Shown here piece after piece: positions 37,557-46,923 of a stretch of 54,801 bases of DNA. The position numbers and the translations under genes were made by a program. Where the stretch lies: contig CAMVNW010000002.1 in assembly GCA_947168965.1 (NCBI GenBank), positions 1 to 54,801 of the forward strand. Reading direction: 5' to 3'. Position 1 is the first letter of the stretch; each line of letters begins with the position of its first letter. The notes below the pieces were generated by a model. That model saw nothing but the letters and a program-made list of their open reading frames with translations, ran no database searches and had not been told where the DNA came from. The stretch is from an uncultured Bacillales bacterium (GTDB lineage: Bacteria; Bacillota_I; Bacilli_A; RF39; UBA660).

Positions 37557-38228
37557 ATGTTTTTTTGGAGTAATATATTAATACCAGTAACATCAATGAT
37601 AATAACAGTATTCGCAACTTTATATACAGTTAATCAAAGAGTAAAAAATGAAAATAGAGAAAAACATAAACCATATCTAACATTAAACAACATAGAACAA
37701 CAAACAAAAATAGACGAATACAAATATTACTTGACAGTTATTGGACGAAATTTTAAAGAAAAAACACAACAATTAACACAAGAAGAACAAGAAAAAAATA
37801 AAGAAAATGAATACTTATCAGTAACATTATTGCTAGATAACATAGGATATGGAGTAGCAAGCAATATTAAATTCTATGATTTATTAACAGGTGAAACAAT
37901 AAAAGGAACACAACTCCCAACACCAGATAAAAATCAAAAGCTTTTTACAACATTTGATATAGCGTCTAATCAAGAAAAAAAAGTTCAAGCCAAAATATTA
38001 AATATAATCAAAACAGAAGAAGAAATTCAAAAACCAGATCATTGTAGAATACTATGTATATATCAAGATTTAAATGGAAACATCTATGATTTAATAATAT
38101 GTATAAATATAAAATCAAATGATGCTTATGATTTCTTTACATATCAAAGAACATCTCATAGCTACAAAAAATGGATAAAAGAAAATAAAAATCAATACAA
38201 GTCAATATTAAAAAAATATAAAAAATAG
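37557..38228 (+). CDS. Hypothetical N-terminally anchored protein
   Basis: ATG at 37557 follows the strong SD GAGGTGGAG, 1 nt after the NUDIX stop. One TM helix, then about 190 aa with no motif I recognise. Confidence 0.5.
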   Translation: MFFWSNILIPVTSMIITVFATLYTVNQRVKNENREKHKPYLTLNNIEQQTKIDEYKYYLTVIGRNFKEKTQQLTQEEQEKNKENEYLSVTLLLDNIGYGVASNIKFYDLLTGETIKGTQLPTPDKNQKLFTTFDIASNQEKKVQAKILNIIKTEEEIQKPDHCRILCIYQDLNGNIYDLIICINIKSNDAYDFFTYQRTSHSYKKWIKENKNQYKSILKKYKK

Positions 38229-38256
38229 CCATATGACAAACATATGGCTTTTATTT
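38227..38256. terminator. Bidirectional terminator between convergent genes
   Basis: AGCCATATG-acaaa-CATATGGCT flanked by an A-run and a T-run. Confidence 0.6.
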
Positions 38257-38710
38257 AATTTTCACAACTTATATTTAGAGATTCATAATAAGATTTAAGT
38301 GTTTTAATACTAATCTTTCCATTTTTAATAAGTTGTCCATTATTAGAATCAATCTCAATCATTTTACTAGTATCAATTTTATCATATTCAATAATAGTTT
38401 TACTAGATAATGTATTATCTTTAATGGATACATCATAATTATAATATTCAACATCCTTATATGGTTCAAATTGTTCTTCAATTTTTTCCTTATATAAATC
38501 TAAAACAGAACTATCATCAGCAGTAATTTTTTCACTAGAAGAAATTTTAGTAACAAAACCATCTGCATAATCAACAGTATATGATAAATCAAGAGAAATA
38601 CCAGATTTACTTTCTTTTCTAGTACAAGTCATGGTACCATCTTTCATAACATCACAACCAGTTAAAAATAAACATGTTGAAATTATAATGAATAAAAAAG
38701 CTTTTTTCAT
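38255..38710 (-). CDS. DUF1307 (YehR-like) lipoprotein
   Basis: Lipobox LTGC. About 150 aa with a pattern typical of the YehR family. Confidence 0.65.
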   Translation of the reverse strand: MKKAFLFIIISTCLFLTGCDVMKDGTMTCTRKESKSGISLDLSYTVDYADGFVTKISSSEKITADDSSVLDLYKEKIEEQFEPYKDVEYYNYDVSIKDNTLSSKTIIEYDKIDTSKMIEIDSNNGQLIKNGKISIKTLKSYYESLNISCEN

Positions 38711-38759
38711 ATTATCCTCCCAAGGAAATTATACCATAAAATCAAAATAAAACAAAATA

Positions 38760-39338
38760 TTACCTTTTAAATATATACTTTACCAATCGAACACATATAT
38801 AAGAAACAACCAAAATAAAGAAATACCAAATTAAATCACTATTGGAAATACTAGATTTATTATCGACAGGAATGTCATCAGACCACATGCCTAATTTCTT
38901 TTCTTTAGCAGCACTTTCCAACTCCTTTAAATCATTAGCATATAAATAATCGTCATAAACATATCTAACCTCTGCATAACCATTGATTACTAATTTTTTT
39001 TGTAATAACTCACCATCAACAAAAACCCAAGCTAAAACCCTATCATATTTATCAGTTTTATCACTTTTGGGATCGTACTGTAATTTAATACTTTTACTTG
39101 ATTTCAATATATTACATGTATATTCACTAGATTCATTACCATAATACTCTTCAAGAACATCATCATGTTGAATCTCAGGAGCATTAATAGATAAAAACCT
39201 AACAGTTTTAGACTCACCATTAATGAAAAATCTAGCAGTATCACCATCAATACACTTATCAAGTTTAACACTAAACTTATTAGAAGCACTAACATTTACA
39301 CAAATAAAAAAACATAATAAAAAAAACATCTTTTTCAT
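38760..39338 (-). CDS. Thermonuclease (SNase) family nuclease with signal peptide and C-terminal TM segment
   Basis: DGDTARF...VRFLSINAPE...YGNESS...DKYDRVLAWVF motifs. The ATG at 39338 (MKKMFFLL) follows a GGTGG SD. Confidence 0.8.
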   Translation of the reverse strand: MKKMFFLLCFFICVNVSASNKFSVKLDKCIDGDTARFFINGESKTVRFLSINAPEIQHDDVLEEYYGNESSEYTCNILKSSKSIKLQYDPKSDKTDKYDRVLAWVFVDGELLQKKLVINGYAEVRYVYDDYLYANDLKELESAAKEKKLGMWSDDIPVDNKSSISNSDLIWYFFILVVSYICVRLVKYIFKR

Positions 39339-39440
39339 ACTACCACCATTATAATAATACATGATAAAACAAGAAAAAACAATAAAATTGACAAATAAAA
39401 AAGCATATGGTAATATATACGCAAAAAAAGAGGGGTAAAT

Positions 39441-40265
39441 ATGAGTAGAAAACTATTTTGTGAAATATCACCATTAACATATCAAATATCAATGTATAAA
39501 TGTATTACTATGAGACATATTAAAAACATAGTAGGAAAAGAAAAATTCGCAAAAACAAAACAAAAAGAATTATTACCAATAGTAATATATAAACATAACT
39601 CATTAATAAGAAGAAAACTAGGAAATGTAGACTTACAATTACAGGAAAATAAAGCAGTAAACCTAAGTATTGCTGCTCCAAAAATAACAAACATAATAAT
39701 AAAACCAGGCGAAACATTTTCACTATGGTATCTAGTAGGAAAATGTGGAAAAAGACAAGGATATAAAGAAGGACTAACAATAGACAATAATAAACCATCA
39801 AAAGGAATAGCAGGTGGAATGTGCCAATTATCAAACCTAATACATTGGATGATTCTACATACAGGACTTGAAATAACAGAACACCATCATCACGATAACC
39901 TAGATCTTTTCCCAGACTTTAAAAGAGTAATACCATTTGGAACAGGTACATCAATAATGTATAACTATCTAGACTATAGATTTAAAAACACAACAGATAA
40001 TACATACCAATTAATAATATATACAACAGATGAATACCTTTGTGGAGAATTAAGATCAAATAAAGAAGAAAAATATAGCTACCATATACATGCAGAAGAC
40101 GTATTCTTCTCAAGAGAAAACGGTGTAGTATACAGAAATGGTAAAGTATATAGAACAAAAATAGATAAAACTACAGGAAATACAATTGAAAAAGAACTAA
40201 TAAGAGAAAACCACGCAAAAGTATGTTATGACACATCAAATCTAGAAATAATAGATATGTCATAA
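39441..40265 (+). CDS. VanW-family protein
   Basis: 274 aa with GGMCQLSNLIHW and a downstream conserved block typical of VanW domains. Confidence 0.75.
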   Translation: MSRKLFCEISPLTYQISMYKCITMRHIKNIVGKEKFAKTKQKELLPIVIYKHNSLIRRKLGNVDLQLQENKAVNLSIAAPKITNIIIKPGETFSLWYLVGKCGKRQGYKEGLTIDNNKPSKGIAGGMCQLSNLIHWMILHTGLEITEHHHHDNLDLFPDFKRVIPFGTGTSIMYNYLDYRFKNTTDNTYQLIIYTTDEYLCGELRSNKEEKYSYHIHAEDVFFSRENGVVYRNGKVYRTKIDKTTGNTIEKELIRENHAKVCYDTSNLEIIDMS

Positions 40266-40303
40266 AAATAAAGAATCTAAAATAGTTTTAATAAAAAAAT
40301 ACT

Positions 40304-40332
40304 TTGCGTATTAAAGTAAACTATGATATAAT
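40304..40332 (+). promoter_or_regulatory. Candidate sigma-A promoter for typA
   Basis: TTGCGT, 17 nt, TATAAT preceded by TG (extended -10). Confidence 0.5.
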
Positions 40333-40359
40333 ACCTAGGTCGGAGAAAGAAGTGAATTT

Positions 40360-42174
40360 ATGAAAGATATAAGAAATATTGCGATAATAGCCCATGTAGA
40401 CCATGGAAAAACTACATTAGTAGACCAATTATTAAGACAATCGGGAACATTTAGAGATAATGAAACTGTAGATGAAAGAGTAATGGATTCCAATGATATA
40501 GAAAAAGAAAGAGGAATCACAATACTAGCAAAAACAACTGCTATAGACTATAAAGGAACAAGAATCAATATTCTAGATACACCAGGACATGCAGACTTCG
40601 GTGGAGAAGTAGAAAGAATCATGAACATGGTTGATGGAGTATTACTTGTAGTAGATGCATATGAAGGAACAATGCCACAAACAAGATTCGTTCTAAAAAA
40701 AGCATTAGAAGCAGGAGTTACTCCAATAGTAGTTGTAAATAAAATAGATAAACCAACAGCACGTCCAGCTCAAGTAATAGACGAAGTATTAGATTTATTT
40801 ATAGAATTAGGAGCAGATGAAGATCAATTGGAATTCCCAGTAGTATATGCATCAGCCCTAAACGGTACATCAAGTCTAGAACAAGATTTATCAACACAAA
40901 AAGAAACAATGGATCCAATATTTGATATGATTATAAAAAATATACCAGCACCAAAAGTAGAAAAAGAAGGATCTCTTCAATTCCAACCAGCACTACTTGA
41001 CTACAATGATTTCGTAGGAAGAATAGGAATTGGTGTCGTTAAAAGAGGAACAATAAAAGTAAATGAAATGGTATCATGTGTTAGAATAGATGGATCTATT
41101 AAACAATTTAGAATTCAAAAAATGTTCGGTTACATTGGATTAAAAAGAATAGAAATAAATGAAGCACAAGCAGGAGATATAATCGCAATCGCAGGACTTC
41201 CAGATATAAGTGTAGGAGAAACAGTATGTGAAATAGGTAAAGAAGACCCACTTCCATTATTAAGAATAGATGAACCTACACTACAAATGACATTTGGAGT
41301 AAATACTTCACCATTTGTAGGAAGAGAAGGAAAAATTTTAACTGCTAGAAAAATAGAAGAAAGATTAATAAAAGAAACAGAAAAAGACGTTTCATTAAAA
41401 ATTGAACCAAATGATTCAGAATCATTCATAGTTTCAGGTAGAGGAGAACTTCACTTATCAATATTAATAGAAAATATGAGAAGAGAAGGATTTGAATTAC
41501 AAGTATCAAAACCTGAAGTAATCATAAAAGAAATAGATGGAGTAAAATGCGAACCATTTGAAGATGTTCAAATAGACGTTCCAGAAGAATATGTAGGATC
41601 AGTAATAGAAGCACTAGGAAATAGAGAAGGTATCATGGAAAACATGGTAACAGAAGAGAATCAAGTAAGATTAACATACACAATGCCATCACGTGGATTA
41701 ATAGGATTCTCAACAGAATTCATGACAATGACAAAAGGATATGGAATGATAAACCATACATACAAAGAATATAGAAAAATGGCAGGAAATAGTGTAGGAG
41801 AAAGAAAACTTGGAGTATTAGTATCTATGGAAAATGGACAATCAACAGCATACGCAATAGGACAACTTGAAGATAGAGGAGTAATGTTCATAGAACCAGG
41901 AACAGAAGTATACGAAGGTATGATAGTAGGAGAACATTCACACAATAATGACCTTGCTGTAAACGTAGTAAGAGGAAAGAAACTTACAAATACAAGAGCA
42001 GCTGGATCAGATCATACAGTAGTATTAAAACGTCCAAGAAAAATGAGCCTAGAATATTGTCTAGATTACATAAATAGAGACGAACTAGTAGAAGTTACAC
42101 CAGTAAACTTCAGAATGAGAAAAAGAATATTAAATACAAACGAAAGAAAAAAATACGACAGTAGAAAAGCATAA
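40360..42174 (+). CDS. typA: Translational GTPase TypA/BipA
   Basis: 604 aa with [27 protein letters not shown] and NKID. Confidence 0.95.
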   Translation: MKDIRNIAIIAHVDHGKTTLVDQLLRQSGTFRDNETVDERVMDSNDIEKERGITILAKTTAIDYKGTRINILDTPGHADFGGEVERIMNMVDGVLLVVDAYEGTMPQTRFVLKKALEAGVTPIVVVNKIDKPTARPAQVIDEVLDLFIELGADEDQLEFPVVYASALNGTSSLEQDLSTQKETMDPIFDMIIKNIPAPKVEKEGSLQFQPALLDYNDFVGRIGIGVVKRGTIKVNEMVSCVRIDGSIKQFRIQKMFGYIGLKRIEINEAQAGDIIAIAGLPDISVGETVCEIGKEDPLPLLRIDEPTLQMTFGVNTSPFVGREGKILTARKIEERLIKETEKDVSLKIEPNDSESFIVSGRGELHLSILIENMRREGFELQVSKPEVIIKEIDGVKCEPFEDVQIDVPEEYVGSVIEALGNREGIMENMVTEENQVRLTYTMPSRGLIGFSTEFMTMTKGYGMINHTYKEYRKMAGNSVGERKLGVLVSMENGQSTAYAIGQLEDRGVMFIEPGTEVYEGMIVGEHSHNNDLAVNVVRGKKLTNTRAAGSDHTVVLKRPRKMSLEYCLDYINRDELVEVTPVNFRMRKRILNTNERKKYDSRKA

Positions 42175-42194
42175 GTTTGTTCAGGGGAAAAAAT

Positions 42195-43145
42195 ATGGAA
42201 AAAATATTGATAGATAATTATGATAATATTGCAAAAATGGAAGATATTATTGAACATTTAATAGCAAACTTCAATCTAACCGGTGGTATATTAAAAATGA
42301 AAAGAGACAATGAATTATATGCCATAACAATAATGTCGATATTACAAAAAGAACAATACTATGAAGAATACATTGGAAGATTCATAACAGAAACTGTAGA
42401 TACAAGAAAAACTGAAAAACTAAAAGAAATAGTATCAGAAATAAAACATTCATTAGAAATGAATAATGAACCAGCTATAACTATATATAAATATTCAGAA
42501 GATATTTCAAAATATCTTGAAAACTATTTTAATAGAAAAAACGAAAATTATATATTAGAAAAATATACATTAGAAGCAATAAATAAAATAAAAAAAGCAA
42601 AAGAATATATAAAAAATAATCCTTTTGCCTTAAATCAGATGTTATATTACGAAGAAAATCAATTAACAGACGAAGAAAAAATAATAGCTGAATTAAGAGA
42701 AGTATATATTCAAGCAGCTTATAACGAAAAAAACTCAAATAGAATGCGCAACAATCCATTTCAAAGTATAGAAGATTATGAAGACTTAGAAGATGAAGAG
42801 GAAAAACAAGTTAAGATAATTGCGTCTATGAAAAATACTATGAAATCTATTTACTCAAAAGAAAAGTTAAATGAGATAACAAGATTTGTAATAAGTAATA
42901 CATATCAAGAAATAAGTGATGATTTAAAAAATCCAAAAAGGAATATAATCATCCCAATAATAGAAAATGAAAAAATAAATGTAGAAGATATAGTAAATCA
43001 TTTTATTGAAAATGAAAGGTTTTCGAGATTGTTCCTAGAAGACTTCATAGATTATAACAGAAATATTGATCAAGGAAGATTAGAAGAGTTAAAACATAAA
43101 AAATCGAATCAATATGCAAAAAGAATATATAAAAAACCCTTATAG
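42195..43145 (+). CDS. Hypothetical protein (316 aa) immediately downstream of typA
   Basis: ATG at 42195 follows the SD AGGGGAA, 20 nt after the typA stop. No motif I recognise. Acidic central patch (EDYEDLEDEEE). Confidence 0.5.
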   Translation: MEKILIDNYDNIAKMEDIIEHLIANFNLTGGILKMKRDNELYAITIMSILQKEQYYEEYIGRFITETVDTRKTEKLKEIVSEIKHSLEMNNEPAITIYKYSEDISKYLENYFNRKNENYILEKYTLEAINKIKKAKEYIKNNPFALNQMLYYEENQLTDEEKIIAELREVYIQAAYNEKNSNRMRNNPFQSIEDYEDLEDEEEKQVKIIASMKNTMKSIYSKEKLNEITRFVISNTYQEISDDLKNPKRNIIIPIIENEKINVEDIVNHFIENERFSRLFLEDFIDYNRNIDQGRLEELKHKKSNQYAKRIYKKPL

Positions 43146-43156
43146 GGTTTTTATTT
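43131..43156. terminator. Bidirectional terminator
   Basis: AAACCCT-tat-AGGGTTT flanked by an A-run and a T-run. Overlaps both convergent stop codons. Confidence 0.55.
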
Positions 43157-43387
43157 TGTATTCTTATCAAAAAATACAGTAATTTCTACATCTAAGAATT
43201 GAGCAATTAAAAGAAGAGTATCAATAGAGATAGTTTGATTTGTTTTAGATTCAAGTTTAGCAATAAAACTTTCACTTAAATCCAAAGCCTCAGATAAACT
43301 TCTTTGAGTATATCCTCTCAATAATCTATATTTCTTAATATTACGTCCAATAATATTATATATTTCATACTGTTTGCTGTCAGTCAT
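43151..43387 (-). CDS. XRE-family HTH protein (78 aa)
   Basis: HTH_3 pattern (YTQRSLSEALDLSESFIAKLESK). SD AGGTGA. Confidence 0.75.
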   Translation of the reverse strand: MTDSKQYEIYNIIGRNIKKYRLLRGYTQRSLSEALDLSESFIAKLESKTNQTISIDTLLLIAQFLDVEITVFFDKNTK

Positions 43388-43477
43388 TAAATCACCTAAA
43401 ATAATTTTCTCTCATAAACTACCAAAAAACCATGGACGAATAGTGAATGTTGTGTTATAATTAACTAGGTGATAATT

Positions 43478-43681
43478 ATGTATGATATGGAAAAATTAAA
43501 AGAATTAAGAAAAAAACATAAATATACAATATATGATATGGCAGATAAACTAAACATAACACCTTCATTTTATTCACAAATAGAAAATAAAAAGAGAAGA
43601 CTTTTTTACGATACTGCTGTAAAAATCTCTGCTATATTTAATATGAAACCAGATCAAATATTTTATACTAAGAATTATTAA
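43478..43681 (+). CDS. XRE-family HTH protein (67 aa)
   Basis: HTH_3 pattern (YTIYDMADKLNITPSFYSQIENKKR). ATG at 43478 lies 6 nt after AGGTGA. Divergent from the previous gene. Its 3' end overlaps the ddl 3' end by 14 nt. Confidence 0.7.
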   Translation: MYDMEKLKELRKKHKYTIYDMADKLNITPSFYSQIENKKRRLFYDTAVKISAIFNMKPDQIFYTKNY

Positions 43682-44642
43682 TTAAAATTGAAATTAAATC
43701 AGTATAACTGATATTCTCATGTTCCATTAATTTAGGAAACATACTAATCTTTGTAAATCCGGGAATAGTATTAATTTCATTAACAAAAACACTAGATCCA
43801 TCATAGAAAAAATCTATTCTAGCATAATCTTTTATATTCATTCCAACAAAAATCTTACTAGAATAATCAATAATACTTTGGACAATATCACTTGGTAAAT
43901 CATTAGGAATAATTGTTTCCGAATTTTGAACATATTTAGCATTATAATCATAAAAATCATTACAAGAAATAATTTCTCCAGGATAAGAGACAATAAAATC
44001 ACGATTTCCTAATACCGCACATTCTAATTCTCTACATTCTATAAAATTTTCAATAATAACTTTTTTATCATATTTTAATGCAGACTTAATAGCTTTAACA
44101 AGCTCTTTTTTATTATTAGCTTTACTAATACCAATAGACGAACCACCACAACTCGGTTTGACAATCATAGGGTAATTAAGCTTATTTATAATAGACGATA
44201 AATTATATTTTTCACCAACGACTACGTAAGGAACCTGAGGAATATTTAAATAATTAAAAAATAACTTAGAAAAACTTTTATCAAAACCCAAGACACTAGA
44301 AGAAGTTTTAGAACCAACATATCGTATATCAAATAAATCAAGCATTCCTTGTAATTTACCATCTTCACCATTATTACCATGAGTAATAGGAAAAACTACA
44401 TCAAAACTTTTTAGATATTCAATAATATTATCAATTTTAAAAACCTTTCCTTTACACCAATTACCGTTTTCTAAAAGTAATAAATCGTCATTAAATTTAT
44501 ACCAATTCCCATCAAAATCAATACCAGCCATCTCATAAGAAAAAATCTTCTTATCAATATTTTCAGCAATACTTTTAGCAGACTTACAAGAAACATAATG
44601 TTCAGTACTATTACCACCAAATAAAATTAATACCTTTTTCAT
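43668..44642 (-). CDS. ddl: D-alanine--D-alanine ligase family protein
   Basis: GGNSTEHYVS, HGNNGEDGKLQG, IVKPSCGGSSIG and EINTIPGFT motifs. The ATG at 44642 (MKKVLILFGG) follows GGGGTG. Confidence 0.85.
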   Translation of the reverse strand: MKKVLILFGGNSTEHYVSCKSAKSIAENIDKKIFSYEMAGIDFDGNWYKFNDDLLLLENGNWCKGKVFKIDNIIEYLKSFDVVFPITHGNNGEDGKLQGMLDLFDIRYVGSKTSSSVLGFDKSFSKLFFNYLNIPQVPYVVVGEKYNLSSIINKLNYPMIVKPSCGGSSIGISKANNKKELVKAIKSALKYDKKVIIENFIECRELECAVLGNRDFIVSYPGEIISCNDFYDYNAKYVQNSETIIPNDLPSDIVQSIIDYSSKIFVGMNIKDYARIDFFYDGSSVFVNEINTIPGFTKISMFPKLMEHENISYTDLISILINNS

Positions 44643-44737
44643 AAAACACCCCATTAAAATATATTAAAAAAAAATACTAATATGATAGACGTAAATAAAT
44701 AAAAAAAACAAAAATAAAAATATAATATAATGAAGAT

Positions 44738-44766
44738 GGCAAAAAAATACTTGTCACCAAGTATTT
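44738..44766 (-). terminator. Rho-independent terminator after cotJC
   Basis: AAATACTTG-gtga-CAAGTATTT followed by a T-run on the minus strand. Confidence 0.55.
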
Positions 44767-45322
44767 ATATTTTCTTTTCAAGATAATAATTTCTTAACTC
44801 TTTAAATCTTTGATAATGAACAACCTCTCTCTGTCTCAAGAAAGATAAAGGACCAAGTACATCTTTATCATTAGTCAAATCCATTAAATGTTCATAAGTA
44901 GCTCTTGCCCTCTGTTCAGCAGCCATATCAGACTCTATATCGGCAATATAATCCCCCGTTGTTTCGATATAAGCACTAGTCCATGGAACACCATTGGCAT
45001 CCGTTGGAAATAAACCATGATCATGTTGAACAAAATGACCACCTAAACCAGCCTTCTCAAGTTCATCAATACTAGCCCCGTTAACTAATTGATGAATCAT
45101 TGCAGCTATTATCTCAATATGATTTAACTCCTCACATGCAATATCAGTTAAAAGAGCTCTACCTTTATCATCAGGCATACTATACCTTTGATTCATATAA
45201 CGTAAAGAAGCAGCTAACTCACCATCAGGTCCACCATATTGACTCATTAAATATTTTGCCATCTTCAAATCTTTTTTTCTTATATTAACAGGATATTCTA
45301 ATTTCTTTTCATATAAAAACAT
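44765..45322 (-). CDS. cotJC: Manganese-catalase-family spore coat protein CotJC
   Basis: 185 aa. The N-terminal third, from YLMSQYGGPDGELAASLRYMNQRY to EELNHIEIIA, is typical of CotJC. Confidence 0.85.
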   Translation of the reverse strand: MFLYEKKLEYPVNIRKKDLKMAKYLMSQYGGPDGELAASLRYMNQRYSMPDDKGRALLTDIACEELNHIEIIAAMIHQLVNGASIDELEKAGLGGHFVQHDHGLFPTDANGVPWTSAYIETTGDYIADIESDMAAEQRARATYEHLMDLTNDKDVLGPLSFLRQREVVHYQRFKELRNYYLEKKI

Positions 45323-45331
45323 AAAAACCTC

Positions 45332-45784
45332 CTATTTATTTTGCCAAGGCCAAGGAGAATTATCCCATGCCCATGGGAAAGTATTCAAAGCATCACTACT
45401 TATAAATAGTGGACCATACTTTCTTTCATATTCCTTCTCATATTTTTCTTTTTGAACGCGATATTTATTAAATAATTCTATCGCACTTTTATCCTCAGGA
45501 TATAAGTCTAAATAAAGATTTAAATCAATACAAGCAAAACATAAAGCATCAATACTAGTTAATAATTCAGCCTGCTCATTCATAGGCTCAATCTCTAATG
45601 GATTAGACAACTTATAAGCATTATATAAATCAGGAAACATATTACCACTTATAAAACCAACATAAGGATCAAATAATTTAGAATTAACTTTATTCATATT
45701 ATTAAAACTTTGTTGATTGTATAAGGGTTGATTATAATTATTATTCATATAATTATAATAATCATTAACACCATAATTCTTCAT
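45332..45784 (-). CDS. cotJB: CotJB spore coat protein with an N-terminal CotJA-like extension (apparent fusion)
   Basis: The C-terminal ~83 aa match CotJB (IDLNLYLDLYPEDKSAIELFNKY ... YGPL ... SPWPWQ). The N-terminal ~67 aa are N/Y-rich and carry GNMFPDLYNAY, resembling the CotJA GT(I/L)FPEL motif. No separate cotJA ORF lies upstream. Confidence 0.7.
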   Translation of the reverse strand: MKNYGVNDYYNYMNNNYNQPLYNQQSFNNMNKVNSKLFDPYVGFISGNMFPDLYNAYKLSNPLEIEPMNEQAELLTSIDALCFACIDLNLYLDLYPEDKSAIELFNKYRVQKEKYEKEYERKYGPLFISSDALNTFPWAWDNSPWPWQNK

Positions 45785-45866
45785 AACATTCCTCCTAGGT
45801 TATAGTATGATATTAATATATTAGTGTATAGGCAAAAACCCAAAATAAAAAAAATAAAAAAAACAC

Positions 45867-45895
45867 TTGCATATTCCTTATTTTACTGATAAAAT
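45867..45895 (+). promoter_or_regulatory. Candidate sigma-A promoter for tRNA-His
   Basis: TTGCAT, 17 nt, TAAAAT. Confidence 0.5.
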
Positions 45896-45916
45896 ATATA
45901 TGTCTTAAAAAGACAT

Positions 45917-45993
45917 GGCGTTGTTGGTGAAGTGGTTAACACATCGGATTGTGGTTCCGACACGCGTGGGTTCGATTCCCACACAGCGCCCCA
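45917..45993 (+). tRNA. tRNA-His (anticodon GTG) with encoded G-1 and 3' CCA
   Basis: Folded by hand. Acceptor GCGTTGT/ACAGCGC. Anticodon stem TCGGA/TCCGA with loop TTGTGGT. T-arm GTGGG-TTCGATT-CCCAC. The extra 5' G pairs with C73. This is the most GC-rich segment in the neighbourhood. Confidence 0.93.
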
Positions 45994-46004
45994 TTTAAGA
46001 AATT

Positions 46005-46031
46005 ACTAAGTAGAAATACTTAGTTTTTTTG
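46005..46031 (+). terminator. Rho-independent terminator after tRNA-His
   Basis: ACTAAGTA-gaaa-TACTTAGT followed by TTTTTTT. Confidence 0.65.
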
Positions 46032-46053
46032 TTATAATATAGTTGGTGATAAT

Positions 46054-46599
46054 ATGCGATGCAAATGGTGTAACGAAAAGAATGAAACATATATAAAATA
46101 TCATGATGAAGAATGGGGAGAATTAAATACAAATGAACAATACCTGTATGAAATGCTGATATTAGAATCATTTCAAGCAGGATTATCATGGGAATGCATA
46201 TTAAATAAAAGAGAATCATTTAGAGAAGCATTTGATAACTTTGACATAGAAAAAATAATAAAATATGATGATAATAAAATAAATGAATTATCAAACAATA
46301 AAAATATAATAAGAAATAAATTAAAAATAAAATCCGCAATAAATAACTCAAAAATATTTAAAGAAATTGAAAATGAATATGGAAGTTTCTATAACTATCT
46401 AAAACAATACATAGAGAAACCGATACATGAACTGAATAAAACAACAAATAATATATCAGATAAAATATCGATAGACCTATATAAAAGAGGAATGAGATTT
46501 GTAGGATCAACAATAATATATTCATACCTACAAGCAATAGGCCTAATAAACTCACATGAAAAAGAATGTTATAAATATAAAAACTGTATAAAAATGTAA
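46054..46599 (+). CDS. tag: DNA-3-methyladenine glycosylase I
   Basis: CKWC...YHDEEWG...ESFQAGLSWECILNKRESFREAF are Tag hallmarks. Confidence 0.9.
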   Translation: MRCKWCNEKNETYIKYHDEEWGELNTNEQYLYEMLILESFQAGLSWECILNKRESFREAFDNFDIEKIIKYDDNKINELSNNKNIIRNKLKIKSAINNSKIFKEIENEYGSFYNYLKQYIEKPIHELNKTTNNISDKISIDLYKRGMRFVGSTIIYSYLQAIGLINSHEKECYKYKNCIKM

Positions 46600-46611
46600 A
46601 AAAGCAATAAA

Positions 46612-46646
46612 AAAGGTAATAATTATTTAAGAATTACCTTTTTTTA
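46612..46646 (+). terminator. Rho-independent terminator after tag
   Basis: AAAGGTAAT-12 nt-ATTACCTTT followed by TTTT. Confidence 0.6.
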
Positions 46647-46674
46647 ATATATAATTAATATAGGTGATTATTTA

Positions 46675-46923
46675 GTGCTATTAGAGAATATAGAAAAAAT
46701 ACATACTACAAAATTAGGAATAGAAAGAATAAAAAGAAACCTAAAACTAAATACTAATAATGTAGTAGAATACTGTAAAGAAAGAATAAAAAATAAAGAT
46801 ACTAAAATAACAAAACTAGGAAAAAACTATTATTGTGAAATAGATAATATAGTAATAACAGTAAATTCTTATAGCTACACAATAATAACTGCGCATATAA
46901 AGGAGGAAAAAAATGGAATATAA
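46675..46923 (+). CDS. DUF3781-like small protein
   Basis: 82 aa. IHTTKLGIERIKRNL ... YTIITAH pattern. GTG start after AGGTGA. Confidence 0.6.
   Translation: MLLENIEKIHTTKLGIERIKRNLKLNTNNVVEYCKERIKNKDTKITKLGKNYYCEIDNIVITVNSYSYTIITAHIKEEKNGI

Noticed and set aside
39441-44642. VanW-family gene and a ddl-family ligase within 4 kb, considered as a possible glycopeptide-resistance cluster
   Set aside because: They are separated by typA and three unrelated genes and are on opposite strands. No vanH, vanX, vanY, vanR or vanS is present. The ligase looks like the housekeeping Ddl.
45785-45916. Sigma-E promoter call for the cotJ operon
   Set aside because: A CATACTAT -10-like element is present, but I could not find a convincing -35 at the right spacing. 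It is mentioned under the cotJ finding only and not listed as a feature.
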